Origin: a virus
IMG/VR virus record: IMGVR_UViG_3300037515_000188
Span: 32,001 to 96,000 of that record
Length of the DNA stretch: 64,000 bases
Strand: one strand, 5' to 3'
A program made the translations under genes and the position numbers. The notes below the pieces were generated by a model, which searched no databases, was not told the origin of the DNA, and saw only the letters and a program-made list of their open reading frames with translations. Shown piece by piece: positions 25,598 through 37,570 of the stretch. The number at the start of each line of letters is the position of its first letter. Positions within the stretch are counted from its first letter, which is position 1.

Positions 25598-26245
25598 ATG
25601 AAATTGAATGAAATAATAGATTTTAAACATGAGATAAAATCAGCATCCGATCTTAAACCCGGAGTATTACAGGGTAGAGGATTTTTTTCAAAGGTATATA
25701 CCGATCAGGATGATCCACACATGGTTATAAAACAATCTAAATTTTCCGACCAACTTGATACAAGTGATGGGTATTACAAATATATTGAAGCAACCATTAA
25801 AAATGGAATGAATGGGGTTAATCCATATGTACCTAGAGTTTATAAAATAAATGCGATTGATACTGGTATGCAACTTATGAAAGGAGTAAATTCTTATAAT
25901 CATGAAGTTCAAATAGAAAAATTAAATGTGGTGTATGATCTTGATATTAAAGATATTGAATTTATTTTGTCGAAAATTTTTCCAGAAGATTTAGTATCTT
26001 CATTATTATCAAAGGAATCACCAAATGAAATATTTGAATCCGTATCTGATATATTATTTAAAATATTAAAAGGTACATATACAATTAAGAAAACCTTATC
26101 CAAGGATTTAAATCAAGTATTGGAATTAATTAAAAAATTATATGATGATAAAATAATTACAGAAATTGATTTAAAACCAGCAAACTTAATGATTCGTAGA
26201 AGTCCATATGGTCCACAACTTGTTATTACCGATCCGGCGGCATAA
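25598..26245 (+). CDS. T7 gp0.7-like protein kinase 1
   Basis: GRGFFSKVY, VIK, PRVY, DLKPANLM, ITDP. Confidence 0.8.
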   Translation: MKLNEIIDFKHEIKSASDLKPGVLQGRGFFSKVYTDQDDPHMVIKQSKFSDQLDTSDGYYKYIEATIKNGMNGVNPYVPRVYKINAIDTGMQLMKGVNSYNHEVQIEKLNVVYDLDIKDIEFILSKIFPEDLVSSLLSKESPNEIFESVSDILFKILKGTYTIKKTLSKDLNQVLELIKKLYDDKIITEIDLKPANLMIRRSPYGPQLVITDPAA

Positions 26246-26246
26246 T

Positions 26247-26858
26247 ATGAAATTAAATGAAATTATAGACTTCAGACATGATAAAATTGATATGTCTTCC
26301 ATAAAACGTGGGGAACGAATGGGTTCAGGATTCTATTCAACTGTGTATGCGGATAATGATGATCCACACATGGTTATAAAGGATATGGAACGCCATGGGG
26401 GTGATAAACCAAGAGATGGATTTTCCAGCTATATAGAAGCAATTATTGAAAATGGAATGAATGGAGTAAATCCTTATGTTCCTAGAGTGTATAAATTAAA
26501 TTCCTCTAAAACCAAAGATAATGAATATAAACATACTTATCAAATTGAAAAATTAAATGATCTTGAACATTTAGATAAAAAAGATTTTGAATTTATATTT
26601 TCAAAACTTCTTTCTGAAGATAAGATTAAAGAATATACAGATCATTCTGTTCGTTTAGCATGGGCTTTGGCTTCTTATATTGATGATTTAGTACATGGAT
26701 ATGAACCATTGTCAAAATCCAAGAAATTAAATGAAGTTATAGAACTTATCAGACAATTATATCAGAGAGGACTTTCCTATGATATAAAACCTGAAAATAT
26801 GATGTATCGTTCAACACCATATGGGGCACAATTGGTTATTAGTGATCCATTATATTAA
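26247..26858 (+). CDS. T7 gp0.7-like protein kinase 2
   Basis: GSGFYSTVY, VIK, DIKPENMM, ISDP; close paralogue of kinase 1. Confidence 0.8.
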   Translation: MKLNEIIDFRHDKIDMSSIKRGERMGSGFYSTVYADNDDPHMVIKDMERHGGDKPRDGFSSYIEAIIENGMNGVNPYVPRVYKLNSSKTKDNEYKHTYQIEKLNDLEHLDKKDFEFIFSKLLSEDKIKEYTDHSVRLAWALASYIDDLVHGYEPLSKSKKLNEVIELIRQLYQRGLSYDIKPENMMYRSTPYGAQLVISDPLY

Positions 26859-26869
26859 TAAATATATTT

Positions 26870-27493
26870 ATGAAATTAAATGAAATAATACAATCGGAAG
26901 TATCTATTCATGATACAAAAGATTATAATCCATTACAGATGGGAGATCATATAGGAACCGGAACATATTATACAAGTTATGAAAATCCTGATGATCCTCA
27001 TACAATTCATAAATTCTCAAGACAACCAACAATATCCCATGATGGATTTAAAATTTATGCTGATTACATTATAAAATATAATTTAGCATCGAAAAATCCT
27101 TATTTTCCAAGAATATATAAACATCGAACTAATATAGAACCTCCATCTGATTTATCATATGAATTTGAAATAGAAAAATTATTATTATATTATGATATAA
27201 GAATAAAAGAATTTCGTCCCATACTTGAATTATTATTTAATGACTCTGAAGTTGAAGAAATTATGAACATACATAGTAATGAAGGAATTACAATTAAAAT
27301 TGCTAGAAAAATACGATTGATGATAACACAAAATATAAAAAGTAAATCAAAATTATTAAATCAGGCATTTTTTATTATACAAAAGATAATACGTGATAAT
27401 TCTGATATATATATTGATATACATGAAGATAATATCATGTTTAGAAGAACTAATTCTGGCATTCAATTAGTTATTAATGATCCATTAGTTTAA
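26870..27493 (+). CDS. T7 gp0.7-like protein kinase 3
   Basis: GTGTYYTSY, IHK, PRIY, DIHEDNIM, INDP. Confidence 0.8.
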   Translation: MKLNEIIQSEVSIHDTKDYNPLQMGDHIGTGTYYTSYENPDDPHTIHKFSRQPTISHDGFKIYADYIIKYNLASKNPYFPRIYKHRTNIEPPSDLSYEFEIEKLLLYYDIRIKEFRPILELLFNDSEVEEIMNIHSNEGITIKIARKIRLMITQNIKSKSKLLNQAFFIIQKIIRDNSDIYIDIHEDNIMFRRTNSGIQLVINDPLV

Positions 27494-27741
27494 AACTCAG
27501 GTAATGAAAATATACAATAATTTTCATCCAATCCATATTTTCCACCATAAAAAATATATTGTATTTCAAAGGGATCAAGTTTTCTTCCAGTGTATACACC
27601 ATTAACGGTTTCTTCAAGATAAATCATATCATATTTTTTAAACTCGCGATCATTAAAACGTAATTCAAATTTTTTATCCCCGCGTTCTATTGCTTGATAA
27701 TATTCTGTTTCAGTTTTTAAATGATGATGTTGCCTGCTCAT
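27490..27741 (-). CDS. ASCH/DUF3850 domain protein
   Basis: HLK..EYYQAI..GDKKFELRFNDR. Confidence 0.85.
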   Translation of the reverse strand: MSRQHHHLKTETEYYQAIERGDKKFELRFNDREFKKYDMIYLEETVNGVYTGRKLDPFEIQYIFYGGKYGLDENYCIFSLPEF

Positions 27742-27761
27742 AATTTATTCTCCAATTATTT

Positions 27762-28037
27762 TTAAGATATTGAAAAGATACAATAATCTTCATGTATTCC
27801 ATTTATATTATCACCATATAAAATATGTTTTATTTCAAATGATGGATATATTCTACCAGTTCTTGTTCCATTGACGGTCTCTTCAAAATAAATCATATCA
27901 TATAATTTAATGTTATTAGAATTTTCTCGTAATTCAAATTTTTTAACCTTGCGTTCTAAATCTTGAAATTCTTTTGTTTCCAAATCTAAATGATGATGTT
28001 CTCGGCATCTACCATAATATCCAGTTTGTATAACCAT
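27762..28037 (-). CDS. ASCH/DUF3850 paralogue (diverged)
   Basis: KKFELR..YDMIYFEETVNG..TGR shared with neighbour. Confidence 0.75.
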   Translation of the reverse strand: MVIQTGYYGRCREHHHLDLETKEFQDLERKVKKFELRENSNNIKLYDMIYFEETVNGTRTGRIYPSFEIKHILYGDNINGIHEDYCIFSIS

Positions 28038-29615
28038 AATTTTCTCCAGTTTATATCTAATCTTTTTTCAATATATCTAACTTTTTCCAATATATCTAAT
28101 AATTTTATGAAAAATACCAATAATATAAATTATTTTTATTCATTTTATTGTTCTAGTCCTTCATCAATTATTTTTTCTAATTCATCTAATGATATCTCTA
28201 AAGTTTTTTTAGCAACAGTATCCCAATGTCTCATAAATGATTTTGGAATTTTAATATTTCTTTGACGTGTAATTTCATCTTTTACTTTTTGTAAATATTT
28301 TTTTTCTATTTTATTTTCCATAATTATGTACCTTTAAATTAAATAATTTTATGAGAAATACCAATTAAAAAATGTGCCATATATTGCTACAATAAATGAT
28401 AATAATGTTATTATTGATATTACGGCTCCCGGAGTTTTATAATGATCTACCATAAATTTATGAATTTTCGACCCTATTACACCAAATATGAATACCCCGC
28501 TAATGAGTATGATAGATATTATAAATATTTCCAAAAATGTAAACAACATCATTAATCCTCGTCAATTATAATTGATAATAATTCTACAATATAATTATGA
28601 TATGAAATTACTTCTTCTTCCGGTGTGTATCGTTCTAACTTATTGTAAAAAATCCTAATTTCTTTTAATTTATCAGCAGCTTGTAAAGCTAATCCAACGG
28701 GAACTCTAATTTCTTGTTCCATATGTGGAAAATTATCATCATCATATTCATATGATTCTAATTTGTTGATTAATTTATCTATATTCATAAATTATAATAT
28801 ATTATATTAATTTATAAATGTCAAGGAATAAAAAATTATAATAAATATGATTATATGCTTGAAAATAATAAAATTATACATTGGAATGATTTATATGTCA
28901 CTATTAAAGTGAATGAAATTAATCGTGATATGAATAATATTCCAAATTTAATAAAATTTGAAATATATCCGCAAATATTTGATGTTTCATCTGGTGTATT
29001 CCATGAACACGAAATAAAATATAATAAAAGTAATACTGAATTGGTTGATACTATTAATAATGCAAACCCGTATTTTATAGTTTACATTTCATCTGTGAAT
29101 AATAATTTAAAAACATTAGAAGATAAAATGGATGACAATTGGGAGAATGTTGGTATGATGTATAATTTCATACCCTTAAACGATGTTAAATTTGTTTTAC
29201 AACGATGTTGTGAAATATTTGATTATTCACAAATTGAAAAACATTCTTATAATATGTTAATATTATATAATAAAAATTATACATTTAATATTAAATAATT
29301 ATAAATAATTATATTATGAATATAAATGCTAATATTAATACACAACTTGGGTCGGGAGTGGTAGTATCTGGAGTCCCGCATGTGATCACATTTCCTATAC
29401 AAACAAAAATAGTTTCATTTGCCGTAAAACCATCATCAGGAAATATCATGAATATAAAATATAATCTTGATGAAAACGCTGATGTTATATTATGGATAGA
29501 ATGGACATATGGTGAAGTTAATGATACTCAAGTATGGTCTGCTGCTTTTAATGGTGGGTTTAGACAATTTGAGGTTAGTGGAGACGGAAATTATAGTTAT
29601 TCATGGGATTAAGTC

Positions 29616-29888
29616 ATGGCAATACAATTACCTATACAATTACCTATACAATTACCTATACAAGCAGTAATACAAATATTACCAACACCAACACCATCTC
29701 CTACTATATCGTTAACTCCCACACCAACAATAACTCCAACAATAACGCCAACCATAACAATCACGATATTAAATTCGGTTGGGGGGTCATTTATGGTTCC
29801 ACTAGAGATATTAAATTCATCTGGTGAAAATTTTAACGTAATAAATGAAATCCGTAATTCTGATGGTGATATATTCTTTGTATCGTAA
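29616..29888 (+). CDS. Small protein with IQLP x3 and Thr-Pro repeat
   Basis: Translation. Confidence 0.55.
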   Translation: MAIQLPIQLPIQLPIQAVIQILPTPTPSPTISLTPTPTITPTITPTITITILNSVGGSFMVPLEILNSSGENFNVINEIRNSDGDIFFVS

Positions 29889-30249
29889 TTATTGACTTTT
29901 AATTTATTTTATGATATTATAGTATTTTAAATTATGAGGAATTTTTTTTATGTATAAATTATTGATTTTTATGTTATTTCCAATTATGTTATTCGCTGGA
30001 GAGCCTGTATCAAATAGTGCAAAATCTGCACAGCTTGCAATTTCTGTTACTGTTATACATGGAAATAGTACAGATCAATCTTATGTTTCATATTCTAAAA
30101 TGGAATGTAAAATTGTGGATAATATTGAATATTGTACTCCTATAGATACACAATCAGATTCTACACTAGAAAATGATTCTATTTGTTCAGAATCGGAAGA
30201 AAATATAACTTGTTGGTATTGAAAACTAGATAATATTTTATAAAATATA

Positions 30250-30290
30250 ATCTCCTTTTTCTATATTTAATAAATATAGAAAAAGGAGAT
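30250..30290 (+). promoter_or_regulatory. RBS-occluding hairpin containing a late promoter
   Basis: 20-bp inverted repeat covering AAGGAG; ATAAATA at the apex. Confidence 0.7.
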
Positions 30291-30294
30291 ATAA

Positions 30295-30747
30295 ATGCCG
30301 CAAAGAGAAGTTATTGTTTTATCTGAAGAAAACTCTAGATTAGAAGTTCCGCAATCAGGAGATACCTATTTAATGCCCCGCGATGTTTCTATTGTGGGAG
30401 ATGCAACAGTATCTGGAACAATTAATGGGCAAGATATTACTCAATTTATATATACTGGAGATATAGATTTTGCAGAAGATAAAGATTATATATTATGGTT
30501 TTCTGCTCCATTTAATGGAACTATAACAAGAGTATATACTAAATCAGAACTAGGAACAGCTACATTTACTATAAAAATAAATGATGTCGCATCTGGTGGA
30601 ACGCCTAATAATGTAAGTACAATTTCGGAAGAACAAATTCATTCTTCAGATAATGAATTTGTAACTGAGGATAAATTATCATTTACACTTGCATCTGTTG
30701 TTGATTGCGAAAATGTATCCTTTATTGTTTATGGTGTCCGTACATGA
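30295..30747 (+). CDS. Putative virion structural/fibre-associated protein
   Basis: Late promoter, beta-rich, coupled to DUF285 gene. Confidence 0.5.
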   Translation: MPQREVIVLSEENSRLEVPQSGDTYLMPRDVSIVGDATVSGTINGQDITQFIYTGDIDFAEDKDYILWFSAPFNGTITRVYTKSELGTATFTIKINDVASGGTPNNVSTISEEQIHSSDNEFVTEDKLSFTLASVVDCENVSFIVYGVRT

Positions 30748-32441
30748 GTTTTAATAAATCATTTACCCGTGATTTATCCGTAGCCGAGGAATGGGTTCGT
30801 AATCCTGAATGGGTGACATTACCAACAGTTACCACGGGCGATAACACTTTTGTTGGGTTGTATGCCATTCACCCGGACATTCCGAATCATTGCGCCTTAC
30901 GTGCTTCCGGAAATTACACGGTGGATTGGGGAGATGGAACCGCTCCGGAAAATGTAAATTCTGCCGTTACGGCAGAGCATACTTATAATTACGATGATGT
31001 TGACTTATTAGGTACTACTGTAGGTGCTGTGGATGCAGTTGACTGTACATTTCAGGATACTGAAGATACAGTTACGGTAACTGATCATCTATTTCAAAAC
31101 GGACACATTATCCAGTTTGCCACTATTAACAGCACAACAGGGATCAGTATTGATACCAAATACTATGTACGTGACCGAACTGTCAATACATTTAAAGTTT
31201 CGGCTACTAGAGGCGGGGATGCTCTGACTCTGACTACAGATGGCACCGGTACAGTCTATGCACCAATGTATCGGCAGGCAGTTATTGTAATCACTATGCA
31301 ATCAGCACAAACATTTACTAGTATTAGTTTGGACTTTTCGCATTCGGCAACATCAACTATTAATTTTAGTGGTTTACCATGGCTAGATATAATCATATGT
31401 GGTGCATCATTAACCATAATTGATCTCAATATGGGCTATAATCGGCGTCTTTCACGGCTGGAACAAGTCACTATTATTGATCACTCTATGATAAATATGG
31501 CTAACATGTTTATTAAATGCTTCGCTTTGCAATCCGTGCCATTATTTAATACAGCATCCGTAACGAACATGTCAAGCATGTTTAATAGTTGCAGCGCTTT
31601 GCAATCCGTGCCATTGTTTAATACAGCATCCGTAACGAACATGTCAAGCATGTTTAATGGCTGCGGCGCTTTGCAATCAGTGCCATTGTTTAATACGACA
31701 GAAGTAATAGGTATGAGTAGTATGTTTAACTTATGTTACTCCCTACAATCAGTACCATTGTTTGATACGGCAAAGGTAACGTCCATGAACAGCATGTTTA
31801 ATAATTGTACCTCTTTGCAATCAGTGCCATTATTTAATACAGCGGCAGTAACAACTATGTCCAGCATGTTTGCTAGTTGTAGCTCTTTGCAATCAGTGCC
31901 ATTATTTAATACGACATTGGTAGATATTATGAGTAATATGTTTAATGTATGCTACTCCCTACAATCAGTACCATTGTTTAATACAGCGGCAGTAACAACT
32001 ATGGCCAGCATGTTCCAATCTTGCCTCTCTTTGCAATCAGTACCATTGTTTGATACGGCAAATGTAACGGCCATGAACAGCATGTTTAATGCATGCTACA
32101 CTCTACAATCAGTACCATTATTTAATACAGCGGCAGTAACAACTATGGCCAGCATGTTCGGTAACTGCTATAGTTTACGCGAACTTCCGGCTCTTAATTT
32201 TTCCGCAGCTACCAATACAACAAGTGCATTTGTATCAGCGACCAGTATTTCTAGAATCCCAATAACACCACCCGCAATATCATTTAGTGTTACCGGACTC
32301 AATCTTGATGCAAATGCATTAAATGAATTATATACTAATTTACCCAATGCAACAGCTACGCTTACAGTAACTAATTGCCCCGGCATTGCTGCTGATGATC
32401 CTACTATTGCAACTGCCAAGGGATGGACGGTGGTATCATGA
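30744..32441 (+). CDS. DUF285/BspA-like leucine-rich-repeat protein (likely fibre/adhesin)
   Basis: About 11 x 22-aa repeats LQSVPLFNTxxVTxMxSMFxxCx; VDWGDG and ATAKGWTV motifs. Confidence 0.85.
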   Translation: MSFNKSFTRDLSVAEEWVRNPEWVTLPTVTTGDNTFVGLYAIHPDIPNHCALRASGNYTVDWGDGTAPENVNSAVTAEHTYNYDDVDLLGTTVGAVDAVDCTFQDTEDTVTVTDHLFQNGHIIQFATINSTTGISIDTKYYVRDRTVNTFKVSATRGGDALTLTTDGTGTVYAPMYRQAVIVITMQSAQTFTSISLDFSHSATSTINFSGLPWLDIIICGASLTIIDLNMGYNRRLSRLEQVTIIDHSMINMANMFIKCFALQSVPLFNTASVTNMSSMFNSCSALQSVPLFNTASVTNMSSMFNGCGALQSVPLFNTTEVIGMSSMFNLCYSLQSVPLFDTAKVTSMNSMFNNCTSLQSVPLFNTAAVTTMSSMFASCSSLQSVPLFNTTLVDIMSNMFNVCYSLQSVPLFNTAAVTTMASMFQSCLSLQSVPLFDTANVTAMNSMFNACYTLQSVPLFNTAAVTTMASMFGNCYSLRELPALNFSAATNTTSAFVSATSISRIPITPPAISFSVTGLNLDANALNELYTNLPNATATLTVTNCPGIAADDPTIATAKGWTVVS

Positions 32442-32881
32442 GTGGAATATTGGCAAAAGTAATAGACGGGAACTTAATTATAGGGAAAAATGCTATATAT
32501 TCTCCGGAATATACTATTTTTATTAATGAACAAAATATAGAAGGTGAAATTCAAGATGGATGGTATTATTATAAAGATGATTTAGATTTAGAAGATTTTA
32601 TTATTTCATGGGATAATAATAAAAGTTATAATGTTGGAGATATTGCCTTATATAATAATATTATATATGCTTCTATTGAAGATAATAATAATTCCTTACC
32701 AAATAATATAACATGGATTATAATTCCAGATGATATACAATCATGGGATTATTCTAATATTTATTCTAAAAATGACATAGTTTTGCATGAAGATATTATA
32801 TGGAAATCATTAATAGATAATAATACAACTGAGCCGGGTATAAATTATTGGAAGAAAACAGCATTATATTCCCCATCATAA
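32438..32881 (+). CDS. Protein with two CBM5/12-like repeats
   Basis: W....Y..GD....YN..Y....NN...P....W twice. Confidence 0.6.
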   Translation: MSGILAKVIDGNLIIGKNAIYSPEYTIFINEQNIEGEIQDGWYYYKDDLDLEDFIISWDNNKSYNVGDIALYNNIIYASIEDNNNSLPNNITWIIIPDDIQSWDYSNIYSKNDIVLHEDIIWKSLIDNNTTEPGINYWKKTALYSPS

Positions 32882-33346
32882 ATGATTATAATTGACTATA
32901 TCGTAAAATATCCTTCTCTAGAATTATCGTGGCTTCCCAATAGTATGCTTAAAGGATTATCCACACCAATAATAACTTACATATCAAATTCAGATTATGG
33001 TGGCAGTTATAATCCAATTGATAATTATTATGATGATATAATTGATGTTAGAAAAAGACCAGTCATACAAATAGATGCAGATTCAATACCTGATATTTCT
33101 TCTGGAATTGCTCATGAATTTAGACATCATTGGCAACTTTATACATATGGATGGGGAAATAAAGAATATTGGACTGCATATGATGAAAATATTTCATACG
33201 ATGAATATATATTAAATTATTATTTAGGTGATAGATATGAATTAGATGCATTAATATTTGAATGTAAATATGCTCCGAATGATAATAATTTATCATGGTT
33301 GGAATTAGTTGTGAAATATATGGAAATTAAATGTAAAATTATGTAA
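32882..33346 (+). CDS. HExxH zinc metallopeptidase-like protein
   Basis: AHEFRHHWQ and downstream YELDA. Confidence 0.6.
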   Translation: MIIIDYIVKYPSLELSWLPNSMLKGLSTPIITYISNSDYGGSYNPIDNYYDDIIDVRKRPVIQIDADSIPDISSGIAHEFRHHWQLYTYGWGNKEYWTAYDENISYDEYILNYYLGDRYELDALIFECKYAPNDNNLSWLELVVKYMEIKCKIM

Positions 33347-33721
33347 ATATCATTTATTTTTATATATAAATAATGTATTCGGTGCTCATGCCCAAGATGT
33401 AATTTTGTACAATTTTAAATTATAAATTAAAATTTTGACGTATAGAATCCATTTTTTTACGTCTACGTTCTATATATTTTTCAGGTTTTCTTAACTCTTC
33501 ATGACCTTTTGCATATGTAGCTGGACGAATTTCTAATTCATAGGCATTTCCATCACTACCCCTAAAAAACACAGTAAACCCATCATGCATAGCCTTAACA
33601 TCTAATAATTTTTCAACAAACTCTAGTTTTTTAAGTTCAGTTATTAAATCCATCATTTTAGTGGATCGTTCTTCGATTAATTTCATTATCATTCCAATAT
33701 TAATATTTGATAAATATATTT

Positions 33722-34345
33722 ATGAAATTATTTAAAAATTTAATATTAATAGAAACTGAAAAACAGGCACATAGAGAAGTTTTATATGCTATACGTTCTA
33801 TTAATCAAACATATAATGAATGGCGAAAGAGATTAAAAAATAGAAGAAAAAATGCGGTAAATTTAACTACATTCTCTATTAATAAAATTGCAACTATATC
33901 TCCAGAAAGTTTAGATTATATAAATGAAGAAATAAAACAAAAATTATCCATTATAATTATGCGATGTTTATCAATACCATCATGGTCAAATATTAATAAT
34001 AAAAAATCGGCATATAGAAAATTATATCCTTATATAACAAGATTAGAAAAGATTAATCCCAATACTGGAACAGGAGGTACATTAGGTGAAATTATAATGA
34101 CACGATTTAGTGCGCCAGTTTGTTTACAAAGTAGATATCCTCAAGTATTTGTAGCTTATGAACCATTATTACCTAAAGAATATCTGAATTATTTATTTAG
34201 TAAAGAAAAGAAACCTACAAAAACATATAGAATGCAAAATCTGCCACTTCCAGAAGATTTTAATGATTTAATGGATATTTTAAAAATAAATCATGAAAAA
34301 GGGATTAATCTATATTTAAAAAATAAAACGTCGTCATATAAATAG
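33722..34345 (+). CDS. Hypothetical late protein (MKL..E leader)
   Basis: ATAAATA just upstream. Confidence 0.55.
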   Translation: MKLFKNLILIETEKQAHREVLYAIRSINQTYNEWRKRLKNRRKNAVNLTTFSINKIATISPESLDYINEEIKQKLSIIIMRCLSIPSWSNINNKKSAYRKLYPYITRLEKINPNTGTGGTLGEIIMTRFSAPVCLQSRYPQVFVAYEPLLPKEYLNYLFSKEKKPTKTYRMQNLPLPEDFNDLMDILKINHEKGINLYLKNKTSSYK

Positions 34346-34369
34346 TTAGTACACTAGAGAGATAATATA

Positions 34370-35065
34370 ATGTATAGTTTTGGTAGAATAGAATCACATG
34401 ATGTTAGAGATACACAGTATTCTATAGCTCCTTTATTATTCTATGCACCTAATATAACAGAAAAATTTTGGTGGGATGATGGCTGGTGGGGGGATCAAGG
34501 AGATGATCCATTTTGTGTCGCATTTTCTTGGATGCATTGGTTAGAAGATGGACCAGTTATTCAAGATAGTATTTTAGGACGGCAAAAACCATTATTTGAT
34601 GTTTATACATTTTATAAAACCTGTCAAAAAATTGATGGGTTTGACGGGGATAATTATGCAGGAACTACAGTTAGAGCAGGGGCTAAAATATTAAAAAAAT
34701 TAGGCTTGATTACTGAATATAGATGGGGATTTAGTATAGATGAAATTATAATTTCATTATTAACATTAGGTCCAATGGTTATTGGTACCAAATGGACAGA
34801 TCGAATGAATATTCCAAATAATAAAGGATTAATTAAATCAAAAGGAAGGATAATAGGAGGGCATGCTTATATTATAAATGGAATAGATGTCAATAGAGAA
34901 TATTTTCGTATAAAAAATTCTTGGGGATATGATTGGGGTGATAAAGGACATGCTTATATATCATTTTCAGATTTTGAAAAATTATTTAATGATGAAGGAG
35001 AAGCATGTATTGCATCTGAAATTAAAATACGAGAAATACCATCATTAGGATGGATTAAAAAATAA
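34370..35065 (+). CDS. Papain-like (C1) cysteine peptidase
   Basis: DQG..PFCVAFS, GGHA, NSWG..WGDKG. Confidence 0.88.
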   Translation: MYSFGRIESHDVRDTQYSIAPLLFYAPNITEKFWWDDGWWGDQGDDPFCVAFSWMHWLEDGPVIQDSILGRQKPLFDVYTFYKTCQKIDGFDGDNYAGTTVRAGAKILKKLGLITEYRWGFSIDEIIISLLTLGPMVIGTKWTDRMNIPNNKGLIKSKGRIIGGHAYIINGIDVNREYFRIKNSWGYDWGDKGHAYISFSDFEKLFNDEGEACIASEIKIREIPSLGWIKK

Positions 35066-36070
35066 TTTTAATATTATATCAATTTTTTTATATTTATTGT
35101 TTAGCTGTATCAACGGGATTAAACGTCTCTATTCCATTGTATGTTGTCATTATCTGATTCTCTATCCCTAATTCTCCACAACGATATATAATATCTTCTG
35201 TGATAACATTTTTTAATATTGTTATTTTTGGTTCACCACATTCTTTTATAAATTTATTATCATTATCTTGTATTCCAATTATTATATAATTAATAGGCTC
35301 CGAATTATTGGATACCCAAAAATTAAATAATGTAGATACTGAAAAAAATATAATTAAAATAACAATAAATAATATTGTAAAAATATAACTTATTTTTTTA
35401 AGTGTATTGGTTTTATTGTATCTCTTCATTTATTAATAAATATTTTCCATATATCTATATGTATATCATTTATAACAGACAATAATGATTCACGTAATTT
35501 GACATCATTACATGCTTTAATAATATTTTCCATCCTATGTAAATCATACTCAATATTCTCAAAAACTTTCATAATATTTTCATTATCTGTATTAATTAGA
35601 ATTATATTTTCTAATACTTCTTTTATAATATAAATATTTTCATGATCTATTTTATATCTAAACTCCAATAAATATAATAATCTATCATAAAGTTCATTAC
35701 TTATATAATATTGTATTTCATTATCTGTTAATTTTCCCATATATTTTTTTCCTTTGATGCTGTTGTATCAATAATCATATAAGGTAAAGAATTATATTCA
35801 TCTAACAATATAATTAACGGTTTATCACAATATAATCCCATAAAAGATTCATTATATGATTGAATAATTATATCTCTAACATTTTTATTTTCACAATATC
35901 CCATAATATAAAGATGTTTAAAATATTGTTGGTTATTTATTTTTAATTTTTTTTCAACAGTGTATTGTAATTTATAATCTATTTCAGGGCGAGTAGTAAA
36001 AAATGGTATGGTAATACATATGCCTAATAAAATTCCAAATAAAATTAACATTATGTGTTTCATAATTAAA

Positions 36071-37292
36071 CGGTGCTCATGCCGCCACCTTAACAACCAC
36101 TGCCGCACGAGCACAAAATGCGCTGCTCGGCGGTGATCTTAAAGGTAAAAGCTCGTTCCCGCAAACGGACGCCGACAACTCGGCGCGACGGAGGATATTT
36201 CGAGCCGCATTCACGTCTCGATCATGTGACTCACCACAGTCGCTGCAATCCCACTGTCTTACAATCAACCCGTCCATTCCATGAGGTCCAGTTAACGAAC
36301 CACATGAGGAACAGGTGACGCTGGTGTTCTTTTCATTAATGACTTCAACAGACCTACCGGCGTACTCGCCCTTATATTGTAACATCTGTCTGAACATGCC
36401 CCAACCTGAATCATAAACGGATTTTGCTATCCGTGTTTTAACTAGTTTTGGACTGCTCACATCACCAATGATTATTTTCTGGTATTTATCTATAATTTTC
36501 CGTGAAAATTTGTGCAACGCATCAGCGCGTTGTCTTTTTATTTTCCGGTGAATCCGTGCAATTTGTTTCTTATGTCCTCTCCGTTGCGCATTTGCCAATT
36601 TATCGGCTGAATTATGGGTCCATTTTCCAGCTTCCAGAACATCTCCATCACTGGTTGTGGCAATGGATTTCAATCCCAGATCAATTCCCACGGATTCATA
36701 TGGTGCGATAGCCAATTCTACCTGCACTTCAACTGGCAAACAGAGCCACCAATCACCAACCGCATCTTGTGCAAAACATCCCGCTTTCCATTTTACGCCA
36801 TCAAGTCGTGAGGACTCGAATACACGAAATGTCTTACCAGCAAATCGTAAATATTTTCCTTTACGTTTTATACTTAATGCCTTGAACGGAATCCAACCCA
36901 AAGAACGATTCCAGCCTCCACTCTTGCGCCAGCGCAATCTTAGTTTTTTGGCAGCACTTCTTTTTTGTTCATAATGAATGCAAATCGATTGAATGGTGTG
37001 TGAACCGATTTTATCAAAATATTCCATGGCACCTGCCGTTAGCTTGCATAGATCAAATCCACTCATCCATTTACGGTTTTTATCCGTTCTTATAGATGCC
37101 TTAAAACTTGTCTCATTGCAAAAATTAAAAACCTGATTGACTTCAATGGCTGCGGCATTCAACCATGGATATGCCTCACGCTTAATTTTAAGGCGTAATG
37201 TTTTCATAAATAAATGCGGCATGATCAAATTGTTATTCATTATTAATTCCTCTGCTCCGGTTTCACTGCGCGACCGTCTTATGGGGTCGAAA
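36071..37292 (-). mobile_element. tnpB: tnpB-only IS200/IS605-type element (TnpB 36077..37240)
   Basis: [28 protein letters not shown]; GC-rich; ends GATG|TTT ... GGCATGAGCACCG. Confidence 0.92.
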
Positions 37293-37570
37293 CATCCCTG
37301 TTTCTACAGTATAATTCCATGTCCATAGTGTTTCCATATTCTTTATATGCTAAAACACATCTGGTTCCATTTCTAGTTAAAAATTCAACAATTTTTACTG
37401 GCGTTTTAATTCCTGAAATACGTATATCAAATTCATTAATGGATTGATTGTGACCAAATGTTTTAATATTATTATCATTATTATCAGCCATTGTTACGTT
37501 AATTGTAATAAACACAATTAAAAAACATATAATTCCTATCATTACACTTATTGAATTATTTTTATTCATA

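Noticed and set aside
36118-37328. Short ORFs opposite tnpB (also 51754, 51932, 60855, 61187, 61562)
   Set aside because: Shadow ORFs of GC-rich element sequence
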